DNA of 64,000 nucleotides from an uncultured Solirubrobacterales bacterium. Its GTDB lineage: Bacteria > Actinomycetota > Thermoleophilia > Solirubrobacterales > Solirubrobacteraceae. The notes beneath the pieces are model-generated. The model was not told the origin of the DNA. It made no database searches and was given only the letters and a program-made list of their open reading frames with translations. Below are positions 31,101 through 40,589 of the stretch, piece by piece. The translations under genes and the position numbers were made by a program. Numbering within the stretch: the stretch's first letter is position 1; every line of letters begins with the position of its first letter. The stretch lies in assembly GCA_963764905.1 (NCBI GenBank), contig CAVXUG010000006.1, positions 191,589-255,588 of the forward strand. Reading direction: 5' to 3'.

Positions 31101-32716
31101 GCGGCGAAGCGAGCGCGTTCACGGCCGCGTTCGCGGCGTTCGCGGCGCCATTCGGGGAAGGCGCGCCGCCGGCGGGCATCAGCACCGCGAACATCCCGGC
31201 CCCGAGCGGGCCCGTGCGCCCCGGGGCGCGCACCCACTACGCGTTCGACAGCAGCGGCCCGGCGGGGACGGTGCGCGTGATCGTGATCGACAACTCGCGC
31301 GGCTCGCTGGCGGCGAGCGATCCGTATCAAAACCCGGCGGAACCGCAGGCGCCGTGGCTCGCGGAGATGCTCGCCGACGCGCGGGCGCGCGGGATCCCCG
31401 CGATCGTGGTGGGCAGCCGCGAGCTCAACCCCAATCTTCCCCCGGCGCTGAACGTCGCCACCGACGCGAGCGAAGAGGCGCAGATCATGGTCGAAGGCGG
31501 GGCGTCCGCATATCTGTACGAGCGCCCCGAAGAAAGCCGCGCGAGCCAGATCCCCTCGGGCGCGGCGACCACGATCCCCGAGTACGGCACCGGCGCGCTC
31601 GGCTACCGCTCGCCGATCGCCGACTCGTTCACCCCGGGTCAGCCGGACGCGCTGTTCGGCACGAGCGGGTACCTGCTCGTGAGCGTGAACGTCGCCGCAC
31701 GCAACCCCGCGACGAACGTCGCGCCGGTCAGCGCGCGGCTGATCCCGCTCGTGCAGAGCCTGTCGCTGGACCCGGTCGACGGGACGCTGTTGCGGCGCAG
31801 CGCGCCGGCGCTGTTCCAGGGGCTCGGCAGGCGGCCGATCGCCGGCGACCGCTGGGGCCCGATCTCGGCCGCCAGCGGCAGCCCGACCCCGCCCGGCGCC
31901 GACCCCTACAGCCAGTTCCCGCCGACGCAGTGCCTGCAGTCGGACTGCTCGAGCGCGATCGAACCGGAATACACGTTCACCTCCTCCGAACCGGAAATCG
32001 CGAACTTCGTCGAGCAGGACCCCGACTCGACGAACCTGCGCAAGCCGCTGCAGAACGCGGAAGGGCACGTGATCCCCGACCCGCGCTCGGGGATCCTGTG
32101 CGCGTTCAACGCCGGCAACACCGTCGTGACGATCTCCGCTGGCGGCCTGTCCTACTCGGTTCCGGTGACGGTGCTGGGCGGCAGCGTCGAGCAGCCCTGC
32201 GGCACCGTCCCGCTGGCCGCCGGCCGCTTCGCGAAAGTCGCCAAGGCCGCGCCTGGAGCCGCGCCCGCGCCGCCGCCACCCGCGCCCGCGCCCGCGCCGG
32301 CGCCGATCGCGCCACCCCCGGCGCCGTCCGTTGTCCCGGCGCCCGCGCCCAAGGCGGCGCACAGACCGCCGCCACCGCGGCCGGCGTTGCTGCCGGCGCC
32401 GCTCGTGCGGCTGCCGGTCCAGGGCGTCGTGCCGGCGATCCCGCCGCCCCCCGCGGCGGCGTTCGCGCGGCCGATCCCGCCGGGCGGCGCGACCGTGCGC
32501 GTGTTCGAAGAAAAGCGCGAGGAGGAGGAGGCGACCGAGCAGTCCCAGGCCTTCGCGCGCTACTGGCCGGACGGGTACGGACTTCCGCTCGGCGCCCTGA
32601 TCCTCCTGGCGACGGCCGGCGCTTCGATCGGCCGCGACCGGCGCCGACCGCGTCGCGCGGCGCTCGCACAACTTTCACTGCAGAGTCCAGATCCACGCCC
32701 GAGGAGGCGAATATGA
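28156..32716 (+). CDS. ~1500-aa surface protein: propeller repeats, degenerate calcineurin-like phosphoesterase fold, Ig-like region, Pro-rich stalk, C-terminal TM anchor (frameshifted N-half)
   Basis: LRAVAW..NRAYAVGDLG and LDGIAFD...GYAVGQNG repeats; HYAFDS..VRVIVIDNS...QAPWLAEML; poly-PA linker; hydrophobic segment then RRRPRR. Confidence 0.72.
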
Positions 32717-33501
32717 GAGACCGCATCTCCCGTCACACCGGCACGGTCGCGCTGGTGATCTCGATGCTCGCGCTGATCGGCTCGGGCACAGGGCTGGCCG
32801 AAGCCGCCGCTCGCGCGGTCACGGCCGCGATCGACGGGCACCGGATCAGCGCAAAGCCGTATCCGAACGGTCTGCTGACGCTCGGCAAGAACAGGAAGTT
32901 CGCGGCCGCGGCGATCCCGACCGTGAAGAACGCGCTGAAGCTCAGCGGCAAGAGCCTGACCGACATCGAACCGAGCTGCCCGCCGAGCACGGTCAACCTC
33001 GGCACGTGGTGCCTGGACACCTCGCCCTACCCGCTGACGAACGCGCAGGCGGGGCAGAACAACTACTTCTTCGCCACCCAGGCGTGCGTGAAAGAAGGCG
33101 GCTACCTGCCCACCGCCGCGCAGCTGATCGGCGCCGCCAACCGCGTCAAGCTCGAGTCCACGATCCACGACAATCCCGACACGGCCACGGTCGAGCAGGA
33201 CCCGAGCGTCGGCCTGCACGACCAGCGCGAGATGTCAGCGACGCTGGTGACGACCGCGGCCGGCTCGGACGCCGCCGGCTCGGAGGGCGTGAGCGTCGGC
33301 TCCACGGGCGACCCGCGCACGGGCGAACCGGACCCGACGTACGAGCCGGCAGTGCCCGCGCCCTCGACGTTGCAGTACGTGACGGTCTACTCGAACGGCA
33401 CCAAGGGCGGTTTCGCGGGCTCGGAGCCGGTGTCCCAGCCGGAGAACTTCCGCTGCGCGTTCAACGAGATGCCGGGGGCGAACTCGGCCGAAAACGGGTG
33501 A
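32713..33501 (+). CDS. Secreted Cys-containing protein, possible C-type-lectin/FGE-like fold
   Basis: GGAGG RBS; signal MRDRISRHTGTVALVISMLAL; CPPSTVNLGTWCLD, ACVKEGGYLPTAAQL, FRCAF. Confidence 0.6.
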   Translation: MRDRISRHTGTVALVISMLALIGSGTGLAEAAARAVTAAIDGHRISAKPYPNGLLTLGKNRKFAAAAIPTVKNALKLSGKSLTDIEPSCPPSTVNLGTWCLDTSPYPLTNAQAGQNNYFFATQACVKEGGYLPTAAQLIGAANRVKLESTIHDNPDTATVEQDPSVGLHDQREMSATLVTTAAGSDAAGSEGVSVGSTGDPRTGEPDPTYEPAVPAPSTLQYVTVYSNGTKGGFAGSEPVSQPENFRCAFNEMPGANSAENG

Positions 33502-33511
33502 CACGGCTCGT

Positions 33512-33533
33512 GTTCACAGAATCGTCACGTGTG
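33512..33533 (+). promoter_or_regulatory. PHO-box-like pair
   Basis: GTTCACAGAAT-CGTCACGTGTG, 11-bp period, in the short gap before the zinc-ribbon gene. Confidence 0.55.
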
Positions 33534-33547
33534 GGAGGGCGGTGAGG

Positions 33548-34105
33548 ATGGACGATGCGGTCGCGATGGAGTCCGATGGCACGACCGAGCCGTGCCCTCA
33601 TTGCGGTACGGCGCTCGCGCGGGACCAGCGCTACTGCCTGGAGTGCGGCGCGCCGCGCACATATCTGGGCGGGATGCTGCTCGAGCGGCTGCAGGCGCCT
33701 TCGGCGCAGCCGGCCCAACCGCCGCAGGCCCCATGGCAGCGCGGCAACGCGCTGACGCTGGTCGCGGGCGTCGGCGTGCTGCTGCTGGCGATGGGTGTCG
33801 GTGTGCTGATCGGGCGCTCGGGTGGCTCGGACTCCTCGGCCGCGGCCGCGCCTGCGCAGGTGATCAGTGTCGCCACCCCCACGACGGGCACAGCGACCAC
33901 GGCGACGACTCCCGAAGTGACCTCCACGACCGCCTCCAAAGCGCCTCCCGCGAAGCACACGGCCAAGCAAGCCAAATCCTCCGGCGTGGGTTCCACACCC
34001 AGCAAACCGGCGCCGCCGTCGGTCCTGAAGAACCTGCATAAAAGCGGTGGGGGGAGCTACGAGCAGAAGTCGAAGAGCCTGCCAAACGTCGTCGAAACCG
34101 GCTAG
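33548..34105 (+). CDS. Zinc-ribbon single-pass membrane protein
   Basis: CPHC..YCLEC, one TM, Thr/Lys/Ser-rich tail. Confidence 0.7.
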   Translation: MDDAVAMESDGTTEPCPHCGTALARDQRYCLECGAPRTYLGGMLLERLQAPSAQPAQPPQAPWQRGNALTLVAGVGVLLLAMGVGVLIGRSGGSDSSAAAAPAQVISVATPTTGTATTATTPEVTSTTASKAPPAKHTAKQAKSSGVGSTPSKPAPPSVLKNLHKSGGGSYEQKSKSLPNVVETG

Positions 34106-35849
34106 ATGAGCACACGCGCCGAGCTCGAGCGCCGCCGCGAGGAGCTGGCCGCGCAGGTGGCCGAGCTGCACTGGGATCTCGGCGGGCTCGCCTACGAGAT
34201 GGCGATCCGCGACCACTTCCGCAACGACGTGCTGCTGCGCCGCGCCGCCGAGCTGCAGGAGCGCGACACGGAGCTGGCGGAGGTGGAACGCAAGCTCGGC
34301 GAGGCGCGCGCGCGGGGCGAGGCGCCCGGCGGGGAGAAGCTGTGGGCGCGCGTGCTGCCGCCCGCGCAGGTCTCGGTGCTCTTGCTGGTCGCATTCCTCG
34401 GTTTCGGCGCCGCCGTCGGGGCGGCCGCGAAGGGGGCTCGCTCGGCCCGTCCGCGAGCGCGCGAGGTGCTGATCGCGCAGGCCCCGGCTGCCACCGTGGG
34501 AGCGGGCGCGAGATCGGCTCCGGCGCAGGTCTCGCCGCCGGCAGCCGAAGCCCAAGCGACGCCCGCGCCTGCCTCCGCGGGAGGGGAAGTGGAATCGTCC
34601 GCCAAAGAAGGTGGCGAGGGGACGCACGCGGCGGCGAAGACGAGCGCCCCGGCGGGGGCCAAGGCCGGCACGAAATCCTCCTCCGGCACGACAAGCGGTT
34701 CCTCTGGTGGTGGGGAAGGCTCGTCGGGTGGCGGAGGCGGGGGAGAAGGCTCCTCGTCGGGTCTCGACCAAGCTCCCGCCCGTCAAGCACGTGTTCGTGG
34801 TGATGCTCGACGACGAGCCCTACGCGACGGTCTTCGGCCCCGCCTCGCCCGCGCACTACCTCACGGGCACACTCGAGCACAAGGGTGAGCTGCTCGTCCG
34901 CTACTACGCCGTCGCGCATGAGCAGCTGGCGAACGCGATCGCGCTGCTCAGCGGCCAGGGGCCGACGGTGCAGACCGCTCAGAACTGCCCGACCTACGAA
35001 GACCTGACGCCAGGGACGGTGGGCGCGGAGGAACAGGTGAGCGGGCAGGGGTGCGTGTACCCGAGCACGACACAGACGCTCGCCGGGCAGCTGACCGCCA
35101 AGCACCTGACGTGGAAGGCGTACGTCGAAGGGATGGACGAAAGCGGCGCGTCTGGGGCCGGCGCGGGAACCGGAGTCCCGCCCGCCGCGGACGGCGCGTG
35201 TGCCCACCCGGCCCTGGGCGCCGCGGGCGGGGGGGCTCCTATTCCAGCGCAGACCCCGCCCGCGGGGCAGGCGTACGCGACCTGGCGCAACCCGTTCGTG
35301 TACTTCGACTCGGTGATTGCCTCCCCGACGTGCGCGAGCGACGACGTCGGGCTGAGCAGCCTGAAGACCGATCTGGCGAGCGCGAAGAGCACCCCGAGCT
35401 TCTCCTACATCGTGCCCGACCTCTGCGACGACGGCAACGCGACGCCGTGCGCCCCCGGAGCGCCCGCGGGGATGGCCGCAGCGGACGGGTTCCTGCAGAA
35501 GATCGTCCCGGAGATCCTCGGCTCGAAGGCGTACAAGGAAAACGGCCTGCTCGCGATCACCGTCGACGAGGCGCCATCCAGCGGCGAATACGCCGACTCG
35601 AGCTCGTGTTGCGGCCAGCCCAGTTTCCCCAACCTGCCGGCGCCTGTCAGCGCGACCGGAACTCCTGGCGGGGGCCAGGTCGGCGCGCTGCTGCTGTCGC
35701 CGTTCATCAAGGGCGGGGGCACCGATCAGGACACCTACAACCACTTCTCCCTGCTGCGCACGGTCGAGGACTTCTTCGGGTTGTCCCATCTGGGCTATGC
35801 CGCGGGCAGGGAAGTGAGCTCATTCGCGGTCTCGATCTTTTCGAAATAG
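34106..35849 (+). CDS. Coiled-coil / TM / phosphoesterase-family (acid phosphatase/PLC-like) protein, frameshift near 34760
   Basis: KHVFVVML, TWKAYVEGM, NPFVYF, PSFSYIVPDLCDD, ITVDE, GGGQVGALLLSPF, YNHFSLLRTVED. Confidence 0.8.
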
Positions 35850-35993
35850 CGCCACCTCCGCCTGCGCGGCGATTTGCATCGGTAAAGCTTCATCGGCTAT
35901 TCGTCGAATTGATGCATGACTCCGATAGGCATCCCCATTCAGGCTCGATAGGCCAGAGCGCATGTGCGCATGTTGGGGACAAACTGGATTGCC

Positions 35994-38534
35994 ATGTCAG
36001 ATAGTGAAACCCCCCAAAACAACCCCGAGCCCGACCATGCTCCTGACTCGTCCGTAGCAGGGCCCGCGAACGGCTCGCCCCAGGAGCTCGATGGCGGTCA
36101 GAGCCAGGCTGCGTCCGCCGCGCAGCCGCAGAGCGTCAACGGTGACGCTCCGGCGACGCCGCCCAGCTCACGCCGCGACAGGCTCGCGGGCGTAAGGCAA
36201 CTGGCCCAGAGCCGGAGGGGTGTGTGGGCAGCGGTGGCGCTGTTGTGTGTCGTCGTAGGCGTGCTCGGCTCACTGCTCGGAGCTCACGCCGTGGCGAAGA
36301 GTGACGCCGCCAAGACGGAAACAAGCTTCCATCAGGGCTCACGAGCGATCGCCTCGACGTTGAAGCTGACGATCCAGCGCCAGGAAGAGCTCACCGTCGC
36401 CGCCGCAACCTACTTCGCCGCCAATCCGAAGGCTTCCCCCGCGGAATTCGCCGCATGGGTCAGGTGGGCGCGCACACTGCGTCGCTACCCCGAGCTCGAC
36501 GCGATCGGCTTGCTGCCGGCGCCCGGAGCTCCCGCCCATACGCACACAACGGCCAGCACCTCGTCCACGTCTGGCGAAGCTTCCTCCGCCTCCACCGATG
36601 TCTCGCCCACGCCGATCGAGGTCTCATCCCCACCGGCCCATCCTGCGTCTGCGCCCGTCCATGTCTCGCCCAAGGAGCAGCTGAGTAGAGACACCGGGCT
36701 GAGCATCTACACCCCAATCTCGGCTGGCCACAGGCAAGCGCTGGCCGTTCTGACGCCCGTGTATCGCGGCGACGTGACCCCCCACAGCGTGTTCGGCCGC
36801 CGGGCGGCATCGGTGGGCTGGCTGCGCGAGGTGCTCGTGCCCGGGGTCGCGCTGCGGCAGGTGTTGGTGGGCCACCCGGGCTACGCGCTGAGCGTGCTTT
36901 ACCGGCCCGATTCCCCGACCGGGGCCCGCCCCGCGAATCTCCTGTTCACAAGCGGCGCCCCGCGGTCCGGCGCGCAGAGCACGACGATCGGCCTGCACGA
37001 TAGTTGGAGCGTGACGAGCTTCGGCCCGGCGAGGAGCGCGAGCGTGTACACGGACGGCGACGCGCTCGCGCTGCTGATCGGCGGAACCCTGCTGAGCGTG
37101 CTGCTCGGCCTGCTGGTTTTCGTCCTCGGCGGCGGTCGCGCGCCGGCTCGGGCGCGGCGGGCGAAGGCCCCCGAGCTGCCCCATGAGGACCTCTACGAGG
37201 CCCTGACCGGGCTTCCCAACCGCGCGCTCACGCTGGATCGTGCCGAGCGCATGGTCGCGCGAGCGGGACGCGATTCGGGGATGCTGGCGGGCGCCCTGTT
37301 CGTCGACGTCGACCGGCTCAAGGATGTCACCGAAAAGCTCGGGCAAGAGGCCAGCGATCAGCTGCTGAGAATCGTCGGTGAACGGCTGGAGGGCGTGGTG
37401 CGGACAGGGGACACCGTGGGTCGTCTCGGGGGAGACGAGTTCGTGGTGCTGGTCGAATCGGCGGCCCGCGGGGTGAGGCTCGACTCGCTCGCCCAACGCA
37501 TGATCGAGGCTCTGCACAAACCCGTCGAGCTCGACGATTTTGGGCCAAGCTTCGTCCTGACCGCGAGCATCGGCGTTGCCTTTGGCCGCTACGCGACTGT
37601 CGCGGACCTGTTGCGCGACGCGCACCTGGCCCTGGTCTCGGCGAAGGCCGCGGGCAAGGACCGTTACACGCTCTTCAACGCCAACATGCGCACCGTGATC
37701 GAGGGTCGCGCGGTGCTCGAGGCCGAGCTGAGCACCGCGCTTGCAGAGAAGCAGTTCTTCCTGCTCTACCAGCCGATCTACGACCTGGGCACCCGCAAAG
37801 TGGTGGGTCTCGAGGCGCTGATCCGCTGGCAGCATCCCGCGCAGGGCGTACTCGAGGCCGGAGGCTTCCTCCTGCTGGCCGAGGAAACCGGGCTGATCGT
37901 GCCGATCGGCCGCTGGGCGCTCGAGGAGGCCTGTGGCCGCGCGGCGGCTTGGAACGTGGCGGGGCATCGCGTCGGCGTCTCGGTGAATGTGTCGGCAAAT
38001 CAGCTGAATCGAGACGGCTTCGCCACGGACGTCCGGCGCGCCCTGCAGCAGTCCGGGATAGAGCCGTCGTTGCTCACGCTCGAGATCGCAGAGACCACGG
38101 TGATGCGCGACCTCGCCGTGGTCGCTGAGCGCCTGGCGGAGATCAAGCAACTGGGCGTGAGCATCGCGATCGACGACTTCGGCGGCAGCGGATACGCCCG
38201 CCACTCCGACCTGCAGCGACTGCCGCTCGATGTCCTGAAGGTCGACCGCAGCACGCTCGCCGCGTCCGAAGACGAGGCCTACCGCACGTGGTTGCTCGAG
38301 GCCATCCTGGTCGTCGGGCGGGAGGCCTCGCTGAGGGTGATCGCCACGGGAATCGAGACGAGTGAGCAGATGGCGGCCCTCCAAGCGATGGGCGCCACGT
38401 TGGCGCAGGGCTCCTTCATGGGCAAAGCCACCCCCGTGGACGCCGTTGCAAGCCTGTTCGACGCAGACCTACCGGCAACGCACCCAACGTTCACGGGCCT
38501 GCCTGAATCTGACCCCCGCGCAACGGCCGGCTGA
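35994..38534 (+). CDS. Membrane CHASE-like / GGDEF / EAL c-di-GMP enzyme
   Basis: LTGLPNR, RLGGDEF, YQPI, EALIRW, IDDFG; two TM segments flanking an extracytoplasmic domain. Confidence 0.9.
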   Translation: MSDSETPQNNPEPDHAPDSSVAGPANGSPQELDGGQSQAASAAQPQSVNGDAPATPPSSRRDRLAGVRQLAQSRRGVWAAVALLCVVVGVLGSLLGAHAVAKSDAAKTETSFHQGSRAIASTLKLTIQRQEELTVAAATYFAANPKASPAEFAAWVRWARTLRRYPELDAIGLLPAPGAPAHTHTTASTSSTSGEASSASTDVSPTPIEVSSPPAHPASAPVHVSPKEQLSRDTGLSIYTPISAGHRQALAVLTPVYRGDVTPHSVFGRRAASVGWLREVLVPGVALRQVLVGHPGYALSVLYRPDSPTGARPANLLFTSGAPRSGAQSTTIGLHDSWSVTSFGPARSASVYTDGDALALLIGGTLLSVLLGLLVFVLGGGRAPARARRAKAPELPHEDLYEALTGLPNRALTLDRAERMVARAGRDSGMLAGALFVDVDRLKDVTEKLGQEASDQLLRIVGERLEGVVRTGDTVGRLGGDEFVVLVESAARGVRLDSLAQRMIEALHKPVELDDFGPSFVLTASIGVAFGRYATVADLLRDAHLALVSAKAAGKDRYTLFNANMRTVIEGRAVLEAELSTALAEKQFFLLYQPIYDLGTRKVVGLEALIRWQHPAQGVLEAGGFLLLAEETGLIVPIGRWALEEACGRAAAWNVAGHRVGVSVNVSANQLNRDGFATDVRRALQQSGIEPSLLTLEIAETTVMRDLAVVAERLAEIKQLGVSIAIDDFGGSGYARHSDLQRLPLDVLKVDRSTLAASEDEAYRTWLLEAILVVGREASLRVIATGIETSEQMAALQAMGATLAQGSFMGKATPVDAVASLFDADLPATHPTFTGLPESDPRATAG

Positions 38535-38606
38535 GCGCGCCCGCGCGGTGAGAATCCGCTCATGGTCTGCGCCCGCGTCGGCGTACGTCCGTAAGCTGTC
38601 GCGGTT

Positions 38607-39554
38607 ATGTTGACGCTCCTCGCGACACCCCTGGCCTCCGCGATCTCCTACTTCCAGGCGATCGTGCTCGGCCTGCTGCAGGGCGTGACCGAGCTGTTCC
38701 CGATCTCCAGCCTCGGGCACACGGTGCTGTTCCCGACGCTGTTCGGATGGAACGGGCTCGTCAAGGTGCAGTCGCAGTCGGAATCCTTCTGGGTGGCGTT
38801 CGTGGTGACGCTCCACGTCGGCAGCGCGCTCGGCCTGCTCGCCTACTACTGGCGCGACTGGGTCCAGATCGTGCGCGCGTTTTTCAGAACACTCGGCACG
38901 CGCAGGATCGAGACATCGAACGAGCGGCTGGCGTGGCTGATCGTCGCGGCCACGATCCCCGCGGGAGTCCTCGCGTTGGCGCTCCAGCATCCGCTGCAGA
39001 CGCTCACGGCCAAGCCCAAGGTGGCCGCCATATTCCTGATGGTCAACGGCCTGGTGCTGCTCGCGGCCGAGCGGTTCCGCCGCCGTGCTGAGGTACGCGA
39101 ACTAGCCGTCCGGGAGGGCGCCAAGCTGACCGATCGGGAGATCGACGGGATCTCCGATCGGCCAGCGCGGGAACTGGACACGCTTGAGTACCGCGAGGCG
39201 GTGGTCATCGGCGTGGCGCAGTCGACGGCGCTCGTCGCGGGCATCAGCCGCGACGGCGTGACGATGGGAGCGGGCCTGGCGCGGGGCCTTGACCACAGCG
39301 ACTCGGCGCGCTTTGCGTTCCTGCTGGCGACCCCTGTGATCCTGGCGGCGGGGCTGTTCAAGCTGCCCGACCTGCTGGGCCACCAGGGCGATGGCATCCG
39401 CGGCCAGGCGCTGGTGGCGATGGTGGCCGCGGGGATCGCGGCGCTGGTCACGGTCCGCTTCCTGGTCGGCTACTTCAAGACCAGGACGCTCACCCCCTTC
39501 GCCGTGTACTGCCTGCTGTTCGGTCTGGCGATGGTCATTTACACGCAGACGTAG
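38607..39554 (+). CDS. uppP: Undecaprenyl-diphosphate phosphatase
   Basis: LGLLQGVTELFPISSLGH, GISRDGVT, ARFAFLLATP. Confidence 0.92.
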   Translation: MLTLLATPLASAISYFQAIVLGLLQGVTELFPISSLGHTVLFPTLFGWNGLVKVQSQSESFWVAFVVTLHVGSALGLLAYYWRDWVQIVRAFFRTLGTRRIETSNERLAWLIVAATIPAGVLALALQHPLQTLTAKPKVAAIFLMVNGLVLLAAERFRRRAEVRELAVREGAKLTDREIDGISDRPARELDTLEYREAVVIGVAQSTALVAGISRDGVTMGAGLARGLDHSDSARFAFLLATPVILAAGLFKLPDLLGHQGDGIRGQALVAMVAAGIAALVTVRFLVGYFKTRTLTPFAVYCLLFGLAMVIYTQT

Positions 39555-39638
39555 GTCTCCTCGGCGTCCTCGTCGCAGAGCCCCGCCGGAGCAGCTGCGG
39601 CGCTCCACCGCCTCCTATCCACGGCTCCTGCCACCATC

Positions 39639-40589
39639 ATGGGCGCGATGCCCGTACCGAGGACCCCGCAGAAGATGTTCGAGACCCGCAGCCATGCCTG
39701 GCGGGAAGTGGGGCTGCTGCGCCAGATAGATCCCCGCGTGGTCAAGCGCGCGCGCCTGGAGGCGTTCGTGCTGATTCCACTGTTTGTGGCGGTGGTCGTG
39801 ATCTTTGACAACCGCAGAAGCGTGTTCGGGAAAGGCATCGAAGCCTCGGAAGTCAATACGGCCGTACAGATCGCGGTGGCAATCGCGCTGCTGATCCTCG
39901 GCTGGGCGATTGCACGGGATGTCGGCCGCGCACTCGGACCGCCACTGTTTCGCCGCCTCGATCCGGCCACGGCGGGCACGGTCGGCTTCCTGGTGCGTCT
40001 GCTGACCGTCGTGACGGCTCTGTTCGTGGCGCTCGACGTGGCTGGAATCAAGAAGGACACGCTGCTCGCGGGCAGCGCCTTTACCGCGGTGATCCTCGGT
40101 CTCGCCGCCCAGCAGACGCTCGGCAATCTATTTGCCGGCACCGTGCTGCTCAGCGCTCGCCCCTTCCGCGTCGGCGAGCGCGTACGGCTGCAGGGTGGTC
40201 CGCTGGCCGGTCAGATCGAGGGCACGGTCAGCTCGCTGGGCCTGCTGTATACGACGTTCGCCACCGGCGACGACTCGATCATGGTCCCCAACAGCGTCGT
40301 TCTCAACGTCGCGGTGCTACCGCTGCGCGAGCCCGAGGCGGTGAATCTGCGCGCGCGGTTGCGCCCGGGGATGACGCCGAGCGATCTGCAGGAGCTGCTG
40401 GAGAAGTCGCTGAAGACGCCGCTGCGCGACGTGCCGCGGATCACCTTGGAGGAGCTCGACGGGAACGAGGTCGTGGTGAACATCTCCGCCACGCCGACGG
40501 TGGCGGCGGAAGGGCGTCATCTGGCGAGCGAGCTGTTGAGCATCGTCTCGCGCGAGACGCGCTCCGGTACTCAGGCGCGGACGCGGTAG
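39639..40589 (+). CDS. mscS: Small-conductance mechanosensitive channel family protein
   Basis: GLAAQQTLGNLFAG, RPFRVGE, MVPNS. Confidence 0.85.
   Translation: MGAMPVPRTPQKMFETRSHAWREVGLLRQIDPRVVKRARLEAFVLIPLFVAVVVIFDNRRSVFGKGIEASEVNTAVQIAVAIALLILGWAIARDVGRALGPPLFRRLDPATAGTVGFLVRLLTVVTALFVALDVAGIKKDTLLAGSAFTAVILGLAAQQTLGNLFAGTVLLSARPFRVGERVRLQGGPLAGQIEGTVSSLGLLYTTFATGDDSIMVPNSVVLNVAVLPLREPEAVNLRARLRPGMTPSDLQELLEKSLKTPLRDVPRITLEELDGNEVVVNISATPTVAAEGRHLASELLSIVSRETRSGTQARTR

Noticed and set aside
30197..35789. Long Arg/Ala/Gly-rich alternative-frame ORFs (e.g. 30197..32671, the 5' part of 30850..33501, 33864..35789)
   Set aside because: Off-frame or antisense shadows of the real genes with no domain-like features.
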